Source of the DNA: Takakia lepidozioides
Lineage: Eukaryota; Plantae; Bryophyta
Assembly (NCBI GenBank): GCA_030704615.1
Contig: CM060731.1
Location: 13,330,001 to 13,394,000 of the forward strand
Length of the DNA stretch: 64,000 bases
Direction: 5' to 3'
The first letter of the stretch is position 1. The number at the start of each line of letters is the position of its first letter. Below are positions 40,472-52,260 of the stretch, piece after piece. The translations under genes and the position numbers were made by a program. The notes under the pieces are model-generated. The model was not told where the DNA came from. It did not search any database and saw only the letters and a list, made by a program, of their open reading frames with translations.

Positions 40472-43400
40472 TTATCTCACCGGCAAAGTAAGGTCACAAT
40501 TTTGACATGATACGGTCACATCGCCCTTTTCCACTCGTGTATTTGTGAAACACACGGTACATCTCATTTTGGGAATTTTTGGAAAAAACACACATTTTTG
40601 CTTAGACCGTGATATTATCATATGCAATGGTCGTTTAGCTTCTAGTCGAGCTTGATCAACTACATCATTTTGTATTGCAGCGCGCTTCTTGGAAATGTCA
40701 TGGCCCATTCGTGTCCTCCTCACATTTTCTTGTATAGCATGTATAGAACCCTTAGAAGAAACGATATTGTAGAAGGTCAATCGAAAGTGAAAGGTTTGGT
40801 AAGGGACGTAGTACACTCTTTTATCACCTCCATTTTACATGTCAATTCTTCATCACAATATCAACTTCGTAGGTTGGCAAGCTCCAACTCCAAATCATCA
40901 ATGACTTGAAGGACTTTGGGTGCAATATGACACTCACTTGTTGTCTCCATATTGGGCATTTCTTCGTTCACGTGATATTGGTACGTCCATCATCCCCCAT
41001 AGCCTCATTCGTCAATTCGGAAGTTGGAAAACATTCATTTGTGTCAGAATTCGATAAATATGTCTTTGCTATCAATTGAACTCCAATGATATGTTTACAT
41101 GAGCTGTACATAGACGGACAATCACAATAGTGAGAACTCAATGACACGTTGTACTAATGGTTTGTTGAATTTTCATTTGTCACTTGAAATAATAATAGAG
41201 CTTGATCCACCACTTTGATGACTTCATTTGGATTTGAGTTGTATAAGTCGAATAACCATTGACCGCCCGCCAGTCGACGACGATGAAATCTGTCATTTGT
41301 CCTTCTTGCAAATCTTCCGGAATCATCTACAATCCACGATATGCAAACATTTCGATGAAAAATAAATAAATAAAATAAAACACTAGTAAATTGGACAACA
41401 CTTAAACATATTGCCATATATTTCGGATCATTCTTACCCATGGCTTGACATTGCTTGAAATAAGCTCTCAATGTTGGTCTACCTATGCGTGTGTCATCAG
41501 CGGCATTCCCAATGATTGCCACAATGAGGTCTCGAATGGATCGATTGACTTTGCCTCCAAATAACGTATATTTTATCCATTCCCAATGGCGTTCCACATG
41601 ATTGGTCGTGTCCATCCCTCCATACGCAAATAGTCTTCCAAATGTTGGTCACATCTTTCTCCAAACAAGTCCTTCATTAGCCCAACCGATTCATATGTGT
41701 TCTTCCTCCCCTTGCAAATGCTTGAAATCATTGTAAAACTTCTCCAAGTTTGCATCAAACATAGCCTCATTGGCACAAAACATTAGTTCATGCAAACGAT
41801 GCCACAACGTCGTTCTTTCTTCGAGGGAAACACGAGGTAATAGGTTTTCAATCCATGCTTTCATGACATGGAAACGACATAAGAGTACTCTTCCCGCAAC
41901 TTGTTCTTTGCCAATAATCCCATCTTTCCAATAGTATGGATCAGCCCCTACAACCGCATTAATGGAACTGACATTTGTCTTGCATTTGTCTTGCATTTGT
42001 CTATGACAATGGCTGAAGTTCTCACGGTCCCAATATTGGAAAACACACTTTTTAACGCAAGCTCTATCGCCATCCCTTCTTGTCCGCTATCTTTGTCTTT
42101 GGAACATAGCATATAAAACACTGGCATATTACGACCCTTTTGATTTGAGACAACGGCGGCATACAATGGAATGTCATATTGATTTGTTTTGAAAGTAGAA
42201 TCAAATGTCCGTGATTGTCCACTAGAAAATCTTCTAGCATTAGTCACCATGAAATCCGTATAACCGCAACAAATGGTCTTTTCATTGGGTCGTGATGAGT
42301 GGGACAATAAGGTTAATAAAAAATAACCTTCATTTGTTGTTGAAGTCTAGATACTTCTACTTGAGCGGCATCCCGATCGTCGGCACACAATGCATCTGCC
42401 ACAATCCACCAACTTATTATAAACATGCGAGACTCGATCGAAATATCAATTATTATGTAGGTATAAACAAATCATTCGAGCGAGAAACTTACCATTCAAC
42501 CGCATTGAATAAGCCAATTGCTCCACTTCTTTAGGAATGAGGAAAAACCGGTATATAGCACACGAAACCATAGCTTGAATGTTTTGGTCCTCCCTCGTAC
42601 TTGCAAGCGCACCCGTTGAAGTTGATACCATTCGAGTCAAATTCTCCATTGCAAAAGCAATCACATTAGGATGCACCGGTAGAAAAAACTTGTCACCCTC
42701 AGACCCAGGACGATGTCCATTATGCTTATTATGAACATATATAGTAACTGGTTCTTCAAGATTGGTCTTCTCACTGTCCATTTCTTCTTGTAAACGAATC
42801 ACAACTTTAAGAAGAAACTTGCAATTGCTTTTTTTTTATATTCTTGCCCGTCTATCATGTGACGTATCTTGTGGGCCGTTCTGTTCCGTTTTCGATTGCG
42901 TTTTTTTCCACTTCGATGACATTGAAATACCGTAATATGTTTCGTCTCACGTGTCTTTGCATACTTCACACGTTTCAACACACCATATTTCGTGCAAATT
43001 TCATCAAGGGCCATCTCCAAAGACTCTTTGGGAAACATTGTAAACCTCGTCCCAAAACGACTTATTACACACATTACATGATGTAATACATTGTTTGACA
43101 AATGATGGTAGAATACCACCTTGTCTTCCATCAGTGCTCCAAGTATTCTTTACCGTAGCAAGCGTTTGGTACAATGGTAAGTGATTGTCACCATTTTGAA
43201 CGTGAGCTTCGGTAATGATGGACACCCAATTTTCCAAGCAAGGCACTTGCCTATTTTTTGCATCAGTTCTAGGAACTAAACTCTTACCTCCTTCAAAATA
43301 AGCACCATGTAGTTGCATTGAAGATTTTTCTATTCAAGGGTTTCTATTCAAGGGATCATTTGCATATATAGGACGTCCATGACTATGAGTAGGTGGTCGG

Positions 43401-43810
43401 AAATTGGGATCAACTTTATGAATACGTGCAAATGTTGGCAAAACATTTGCCTCTAAACATTCAATCATGAGGCTCCTACTTCCAGATGTAAATTGAATAA
43501 ATTTTGGAGAACATTCTATCTCTATATTCCCGAAAGTGCATAGAGAAGGGTCGTCACCCATTGCACGTGGTTCCACATCATTGTCAATATGGAAAGTTTA
43601 ATATGTCTCTTCGTGCTCGTCAAATTCGGATTCGTGTGTTGTCTCCAATCCACCATCAATATCCGACTCAACATCCGAAAGCTGAAAATATGCTTCATCA
43701 AAAAAGGGAGGTGAAAAAATCTCCTCCAAACTTGCGACATATTCCAACTCATCCTCAAAGTCCGAGAGATAAATAAATGCATCATTTGCAAGATCATCGT
43801 CATCTTCCAT
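40472..43810 (-). pseudogene. Transposase of transposon 2: acidic N-terminus, integrase-type H2C2 finger, FAR1/WRKY-GCM1-like finger, MULE DDE, SWIM, C4 ribbon (frameshifted)
   Basis: EAHVQNGDNH...CITSCNVC; FQCHRSGK...HNKHNGH; TFDSTFKTNQYDIPLY; IVIDKC; LLCRFHVMKAW; DTTNHVERHW; SWIM YCDCPSMYSSCKH at ~41090-41135; CTVC...CQNC. Confidence 0.8.
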
Positions 43811-46800
43811 ATTGATTTTCTAAACCCCTAAACCCTACATTCTCTTACATATTTGTTCAAGGGTATTGTATGATAAAATGATAAAGGCGTGAGATGAAAT
43901 AGTATATCTATTTATATCAAAGACAAAGAGGATAGCCAAAGCAAAATAAGGCTTGTAGCTATGAGACTAAGCTATGAGACTAGACTGACATAGAACATGC
44001 AAATAAGAATACCCAGATATTGAAGGAAATGAGAGTTATTCAGAAGATTAAACAAAGAGACAAAAGAACATACAAAACAAAAGTAGGGTCTTAGCTTTGG
44101 GATAGGACAACAACCAACATTGAGATGACAAACACTTAGAAGAGAGAAGCAAAACAATACAAAACAATAAAGGAGTTCATATGGAGATTAGGTTACACAT
44201 GTATGAACTTTATCCAAATCAAATGTATGGATGACAATTTGAAGAAAAAGATTGTAATATCAAATGTTAATTTAAAAATATATATATAAGTTTTTTTATA
44301 TTGTAATTCTATATATTGTAGTCATCATAGTTGAGTTTGTATTTTTAAAGCCAACATAAACACAAAATGAAAATTAAACCTAACAAGTACATACTCTAGA
44401 TGTATCAAACATAGTTCATGAAGAACATAAGATAGTGTTTTAATATTACTAAATGGGTTTCAACTTTTTCATATAGATGTTATTATTATTATTATTATTA
44501 TTATTAAATTAAATGATTTATTTCTGTGTTTTTATTCAACATGTTCTCTATATTACTAAATGGGTTTCAACTTTTTCATATAGATTATTATTACAATTCT
44601 TATTAAATTTATTAAGCTAAATGATTTATTTCTGTGTTTTTATTCAACATGTGGAATAGGGCATGTTCCAGACGCCATACACTGCAATGATTGGTGTATG
44701 GCGACCCACTGGATTCCCATACACTGATCATTGCACTGTATGGCGACCCACTGGATTCCCATACACTGATCATTGCACTGTATGGCGACCTGCTGGTCCC
44801 GCCATACACTGCACGGATTAGTGTAAGGTGGCAGCGACGTGGCAGCCCGTCAGGGGTGGGGCGACGTGGCAGGAAGCTCGCTTGAAGGCAAGCAGCGATC
44901 AGGAGGAGGAGAGGTGGGGGATGAGTGGCAGGGAGTGTGGACAAGTAGCGCGGCATGAGGACGGGAGCCCGGGCCCGTGGCAAATCCTAAAAGGGCTTGG
45001 GACATAGTGCCGAGGATCGACGCTCCACGGCGCTGGCGCATTCTGCATTCCTAATCGGCAGTTTGATTGCCATAATCGGCTGTTTGACTTTTATTATGGC
45101 CTGCAGCCAATCAGGGCCTCCAAAATCTGCCCCCAGAATTCCTATACACCAGGAAACGCGTCCCCTAGGGCGCATTATGGCACCTAGTTCGTCCTAGGTC
45201 TCAGCCTACCGGCCTCGCCCTAGTGACTCACTAGGAGCCATAATGCGCCCTAGGGGGCGTGTTCTCTAGTACGTAATTGGAATGGGGGAGTATTATTGGG
45301 GCTACAAACCCCAGACGTCGCTATTAGAGCTACGATAGCCAAAACAATCTTGCCACGATGTGGCAAACTCCCTTGACAAGTGAAGGGCCAAACCCTGCGA
45401 AACATTGGGTGGAAGCTGTAATACGACCTCCAATTACGTAGGGGTGGTGGTAGGAGCCGCGGCGGATAAAGTGTCTAGCTGTCAGGGAAGTTATGAAGGT
45501 TGCAGCCTTCATAATTTTCCTGGAACGCCTTAATTGTGGCATATAATCGCCCTAGAAATACAAAGCAAAAAAATAGGTCAGGGCTTTATATACTACGGAA
45601 TGGGCCGCTTCATGTTAAAAAAAGAGTAAAAAAAAGCGGTCGAGGTGCCCAAGAAGTGTAAATTATGGTGTCACTTGAAGGGCTATCGTACACCTTAATG
45701 ACATCCAACATGTGATTTGAAGTTTGAATCCACAACCACTAGTGAAGCGGTTTATGCACTCACGTAAATATTGGTTGTCCGCCGACTGATGACATTTTGG
45801 CTAGCCCGGTAAGGTGAGACACTTTTTTGAAACGGGCAATAAACTGGTGGGCAGAGTGTCATATGCCTAGCCATTCCATTGTATAATAGTCGGCACATTT
45901 TGACCTGAACCACCACAAGAAAAGGTCAAGAATCTGACGTGTAAGAGACCTAAAGATAGGGGGATTGCATCACAGTGACTAATTCTTGACTATTACAGTT
46001 TTGTATCCTTATAGCGTGTGGGAGGAGCCCGGCCCGCAAAAGAAGGAGTTGCCCAACGATTGGAGAAAATAGTCGGCTCCCCTTGAGTGTTTCCACAATC
46101 ATGTGGAGCTCGGTGGCCGGGTGCTCATTTTGGACTTTAGCATGACGTGGTAGAGGATACCTCTGTGCTTCCTTTGTTCACAAGTGCCCGTCAAGTATCT
46201 CGAGCTCTGCTCTTTATCAAACTGGCTATAGCAAGTCGTGGTGGGTCTGCAACGAGCACACGCAGATAAGACACTGCAATCAATTTGCCAGTACTCGTTT
46301 GCCCAGCTCCTATCCCATTTTAATCGGGTCCACTACAAACGCGCTAGCTCGACGACCGAGCCTGCCCCCATACATCTAAAGCAATATGTCTACCCGGCCA
46401 TGTTTGTCCATTTCCTCCCTTTAACGGTGGGCCCGTACATGGAAGGCCATTAAGGCTTAACCCTCAAATGACTAGCGCCATTTTGGTGGCCCCACTAAAA
46501 AATAGTGCATAGCCTCATGGATAAGGGTGTAACTTTTTACCCCCAATCATCCATACAGATGAACCTTATACTTATGAACCTTATGTGCATATCTACTACA
46601 TCCATATCTTGTGAAAAATGTATGCAATTTGACCATTGCATTTGGGAGATTATAACAAAATAATCTACCCCAATTTATAGATATATTTAAGATGGTATGG
46701 AAAAAATGGTCTGAGCACTAAATTCGAGTATTAAGTTGAATTTTCTGAGGCATGTGCCGTCCATAATTTGATTATATGGTACCTAAGGGACTCTCTCTCC

Positions 46801-47416
46801 CAAAAAGCAAAACAAAATTCCAGAAACCGGGATAGGCTACTTTGCACTTGAGCAAGTAGCAAAATGGTCGGGTGTTTGTGCCTTGCCTGTGCATAACCTA
46901 GGTGACCCTAGGTTCAATCCTTCAACATGTGCCTTCAAACCGTCCATTGGGCCCGAGCGATGGCTTGGGTGTTGAGTAGTAGGCTCTGTAAATTCATTGG
47001 ACGATAAAGAAACTTTATCTTTATCTTTATGTGAGATCTGGGGGCTAAATTGTCATGGTTTGGCTTCTTTCCTAAGTGATATTTGTTTTTTAATTCCCTT
47101 GGTAAATAAGTGCACACTAACCTTGCATTGTCCAAAAACTTTGGCATTTTCATAAATTGTGACTCCTACATGTTATTTTCAAGATTGCACATTTGCATTG
47201 GCCTGCCACGTGGGCAAATCAACGATTTTAGACACCGGGTTTCCAACCCTTTTGAAATATTCTAGGGAGCAGAGCTTTTATTACTGTAGGGCGTTGTAAA
47301 TTTCCACATGTGGTTCTCCCTACCGGTCTGCACACTTTATCTTCAAGAATCATGTCCATCCACTCTCATCCATGAAAGCTAGATCATGGCATGAAATTTT
47401 GGCTGCAATGTACCAA

Positions 47417-50400
47417 GAGAGAGAGAAGACTTTGGCAGAGGCCGGAGTAACTAAGAGCCACTTCGCCTTATGGCTACTGCCCCCTCTCGGGGGTGGGCCC
47501 TCTCTAAAAGGTGTCCAGAGGACACTAAGTGTCTTAGAGGAGCATGGTACCTAGGGTACCCTAGGTACCCCGGTAGCCAGAGAGGGGTTAGCTTCGAGTT
47601 TACGTTTGTTAGTAATAATGGCTGTGAGGGAGCGAAGAGCTGTGAGGTGTATTGCTTTGAAACATTTATGAATGGAGATGATAAGGAGTTTGAAGTTAGT
47701 GTGAAGTGCATCGATACTAGCGTTATGAATGCCACCTCTAGTTCCTGCCGTGATGACCGTCAAAGTACCAGTGGTCCAGCCCTTATGCCTGAGTGCAAGG
47801 ATAAGTGGTGCATATTTTAGCGTTTTGTCTAGCTTTGAGTCAGCAGGGTATCGATCATGGCAATATATGAACTCAATAAAGTGGATGGTGAGGTTGGGGG
47901 TTGAGGCGGTGGGTGGGGGGGAGTTTATGGGTAAACCATCCACAAACAAGATGTCCGGGCAAAGTCTGGCGGGGCATGTGCAAAGGGAATGGGAGCAAGT
48001 GCAAGGGAGAAGCCAGTGTGGGACTGTATGGTCTGGGGGTTGTCCTTGGTAGGTACCAGCGTTTATTAGCGAGAACCATCTAGTTTCGGCACGATGTAGA
48101 AGGAGTTTGTGGATGTGCCAAATTGCTTGGTTGTGACAGGTTATTTGGAGCCCATGGATGATCGGGTGTTTACATTGGCTAAGAAGGTGTGGCCAGGTAT
48201 CACGTTTCATCTATGTATGCATCAAAGGCATATAAGCATGTCTGGGCTACCCTCCATTGGTCGAACATCTCTACCTACGAAAACTCTTGAATAGGTTGGT
48301 GGATGGAGATAGCCAGGTTGGCGATGGCTGCAATGAGATTACGATCAGAATGGTGATGGTGAGAAGATGGGCGAGAATGGTGGTTGCGGATGAGAAAGAG
48401 CGAGGTGAGGTTGTCTGTGAAGATATAATGTGGAGGGGAGAATGAGGACAGTTGGGTAAGCGCTTCAAATATTGCCATCAGTTCTGCGCGAAGTATTGTA
48501 GCAGGACTAGGGAGTCTGTGTGCGATGCCCTGATTGGTAGCGGCATGCTATACTCCATAACCGGCGTGGGAGCCGGTGAGGGAGCCGTCGGTGGGAGTGG
48601 GATGGAGGAAATTTGGGAGGTATAATTTGGCGGTAGGATGGGAGGGGTGGGAGGGGTGTATATTGGGCAAGGGATGGGCGCGGGAACGCCCTTTTCCATG
48701 CCTTGCTTAAGTTAATGCTAGGGAGTGGATCAGGTGGATTTGTGAGGTCTGGGTGTGTGATATGGTGGGGCAAGATAGTGGTTTTTAGCTAGTGGGTGCG
48801 CTTGAGGAGATGGTCTAGTAAGGCAGGGAAAGTGGGAAGTACGTTGGAATACGTGTTTGTTGGGGAGGAGTGTGTGGCCATATGGGCCCATTGGAGGGCC
48901 TCATGTGTGAGGGGGCCTGAAGGAGGGTGAGCAAATCCCCTCCCTGTCCATACGTGGTGGGTGGCATGTCTGGTGGCCCCGAAGATGCAGTCTCGGGGAT
49001 GGGGGCTGGAGAAAGATGTGATTCCTAATGGGCATGTAAGTGGGCTCGAATAGTATGAGTGAGTGAGTTCGAAAGTGGTAATGAGCAGAGAGAGGATATC
49101 AGGGGGGAGAGTATTATGAGCCAAGGCTTAGGACAGTTTTGACAGGGAACGAGGTTTTTTTGGGAGGAGTGTCATAGAGGTAGCGGGTAACAAGCCAGCT
49201 AAGTTCGGTGGCGAAGTCTTGGCGGGGTGGGTGGATGTGAGTGTCACCGTGGGAGGGAGTAGAGTATTTAACCCAGAGCCATGCTAGTCTATCATTGGGA
49301 ATGAGGCCTGCAAGAAAACGGCCGTTGAAGGTGTAGATAGTGGACATACGAGGGCCTTGATAGATTGTGGGAGAGGTGTGCATGATATCTTTATCTGGGT
49401 TGCATTCAGTAATATCTATATATACATTGGGAGCTGTGAGTGGTTGATGTATGTGACGGACATCTTTGGGTTGGGTTGGGGAAGTATGTTGTTGGTGGGT
49501 ATGCGTGAGGTAGTTGGTGTTGGTACGTTTGTGGAATGCGGTGAGGAGTGTGAGATTATGGGTTGGGTTGCAGTCATCATGTGAGCCAAAGAGGTCGTCC
49601 TCGATTTGCCATGAGTTATCATCAGTTGTGTAGTCAGCCCATTGGCAGAGGTAATATGTATCAACACGTGTGGCCCCATATGAGTCTGTAGAAGTTTGGG
49701 TTTTAATACGGATGATGGCTCCGATAACATATGCGTCTGGGTTATCTGGGTGGTCATGATGAGTTGTAGGGGTGCCTGGTGAGGGGGGATCTAGGGTGAA
49801 AGTAGTTTGCGTAGGGGAGGGCGTGTGGACGCGGACGGGAGGGGACTGGGTGGAGACCTTATCCGGGTGGGGAGGGGGTATAGGGGAGGTGGATATGGAT
49901 GGGATCTCTAGCGTCGTGTGTGTCTGAGGTTTGGGAGGCCCTAAGCATGTGGAGAATAGAGGGGGATGGGCTTGATCTATAGGCAGGCAGTAAATCGCGT
50001 TGGGTATGGGGAAAGAGTGAGCAGGGGAGGTCGCATTCAAGGGTACATGATGCGGATGGATGGCAGAATAGGGTTTGTAGGTGTTGGAGGAACCGGCAGG
50101 TTTGGCGGTGGCACGAGAGTGTTTAAGTGTGAATTCCCCCGGGTTATAAGTTTAGTGCCAGTGGCGGTGGTAAGTTGGGTGAGATGAGTGATATGTCGTT
50201 CTTTAAAATAGGTAAGGAGGGGACGTTTTTGGCGGGGGTGAAGGCGTTCAAAAAGGGAGAGGGAAGGGCTGGTATTTAGAGCGTGTTCTAGTTGTGATAT
50301 CGTGTTAGGATAGCCTAGTAGGTCGGTTTGTATGCTGATACGCATTTGTCGTAGGATGAGTAGAGTACGGGCCGTGGGGAAGTGTAGGCAGGATTGGGAG

Positions 50401-52260
50401 TGAAGAGATGGGAGGGCTAAGAGTCCATTAAATTTGTGAGCTAGGAATTTCAGAAGACCGCGGTAGATAAGTCCCAGGCGCCCAGGATCATTGAGAGCTT
50501 CTTGTAATTGGGTACGGAGAGTTCGAGCATATGAAATAATCAGGGGGCTGGAGCCGACGCCGTAACAATCTGTCGGGAGTTGGGTGAGGGCACTAGGAGT
50601 ACTGGTAGGCAAACCACATATTCGCTTGGTGAGTTGAGTGATGTGTTTGTCTAGTATTTTGAGGTCTAGTAGGGAGAAGGGAGCAGCGTGAAAAGAATAT
50701 TGGACTTGTGGTTTAAGCACAGAGCTTATGATTGATAGTTTGGGTCTAATGGAGATAGGGGATTTAAGAAGAGCAAGGCTTTTGTTAGAGAGTTTAGCAA
50801 GTGTGGTGGACTTCTGCACATGCCAAGTAAGTGATGGAACTAGCTGGATGCCTAAGTATGTGTAAGGCTCATCAGGTCCCAGAAACGGAAATGAGTTGTT
50901 TAGGTAATGGATATAGAGTTTACAATGGGAAGCAATCTCGGATTTTGTTAATTTACTGTGATGGGTTGTTGCGGTAACGGCGCACTTATGGAGGCTAAGT
51001 TCCATGCCAGACCTCTCCCTAGATGGTACCGCGTAGGATAGGAATTGGGGGGGTAATACCATAGTATGAACCAGAGTATTTTCGTAGTGCTGTTGGTATA
51101 GATGTTGCCAAAGAGTTGGATTAGTGAGCTTGGCATCTTCAAGGGCTGAGAGGACGTATTGTATTTGGCGGGTTGTGCTACGTGTGGCTCGGAAGCCCTC
51201 CTGGGGGTCGCTCTCTGGAATATGATGTTGTTCTCCGTAACTGGAGAGCAGCAAGGTCAGTGTGCTGATAAACAGTTTATAGATAGTGTTGGCGAGGGCT
51301 ACGGGTCTGTAGTTGCCGAGGTCAGTAGGGTCGTCTTTCTTGAATAGCAGGATGGTGCGACTATGTTTCCAAGTGGGTGGGATACGTTTGAATTGGTAAC
51401 ACAGTTTGAAAAATTTGAAGAAGAGGGTATGAAGATGGGGGTCAAGCGCTTGCAATATAGTGTTAGGGATCATATCTGGTCCAGGGGCTTTTGATTTGGA
51501 CAGCCTTTTAAGGCATGAGTTATACAGATCTAGCGTGAATAGGTCCTTTATGCGGTCCGTGGGTATACCTCGTTTGTCTAATGAGAATCCATCTAGGTCA
51601 TACCATGGGTAATGCTTCACTTTACATAAACAGTTGGGGTGGTGGTGCTCAGGGTGGAGGCAGTTCGTGATAGCAGGCGTATAGGAAGCAAATGCTTGTA
51701 TCCATATTTCTTTGTTGATAGCAGTGGGGCTTGTTAAGAGATGGCCCAGCCGATGTTTAAGGCAGTCAATTGACGGATTAAGCGTGGGGTTAAAGATGGC
51801 TTTGTGTGCTCTTTTAGGATGGTCATGGAGGAGCTAGCCAAAGGAGGTAACAAACTTTTTGTGGTTATCGCTAGCTTTCTGTTTGGTTATAAGATATGCG
51901 GCTTTCTTTGCATCCCGGCCGAGCTTGGCGAGGGCAGCAACCCAATTCGGGATAGCACTGTGGTCCATAAGAGGGGGCAGGAGGGCTTGACATACGGGGA
52001 GGGAGTTTAGGCAGGTAATTGCGGGGGTCGCGTCTCCATCCTGTGGGATGATTGTTGGATGTGGAGTTAGGGATAATATAAAGGGCACGTCGTATGGTAT
52101 GATGGGTATTAAGGTGAGAGGTCTCCAGGCCCGTTTTTGTGTGCGGGTAAGGTAACCTCTGTTTTGTTTGGAACGGGCAGTCTGGGAGGTCCTGGGGGGC
52201 CACACATGTTGCCAACACACTTTTGAATATTTCTTGAATGATGGTTGTGAGGGTTCGCTC
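47417..52260 (-). mobile_element. 5'-truncated non-LTR retrotransposon (RLE-encoding, Dualen/RandI-like architecture)
   Basis: 12-bp TSD GCAATGTACCAA at 47405-47416 and 52261-52272. (CT)n 3' end. RT, RNase H and C-terminal CCHC plus PD-(D/E)xK endonuclease. Confidence 0.88.
47551..52260 (-). pseudogene. LINE polyprotein: RT (internally deleted), chromodomain, PCIF1-like MTase-like domain, RNase H, CCHC, RLE
   Basis: KAPGPDMIPN, NYRPVALANTIYKL, QEGFR, YTYLGI (RT); YVIGAII...YLCQWADY...NSWQIEDDL (chromo); YSSPLTC...RDCIFGA...WTGRGFAHPP; TDGS, ILRAELMAI, IFTDNL (RNase H); HLLSQC..CHNQA, PDIL...IEFIYCHD...KTLKYAPL (RLE). Confidence 0.8.

Larger units (their letters stand above)
31016..45273. mobile_element. 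DNA transposon with MULE-type DDE/SWIM transposase, short TIRs, long subterminal inverted repeats and apparent TA TSD; interrupted by a Gypsy element
   Basis: Ends ATTA|CGTACTAGA and TCTAGTACG|TAAT. Inverted block ~31135-31305 vs ~44860-45055 (CTCGGCACTATGTCCCAAGCCCTTTTAGGAT...). CTGTATGGCGACC repeats near both ends. Confidence 0.75.
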
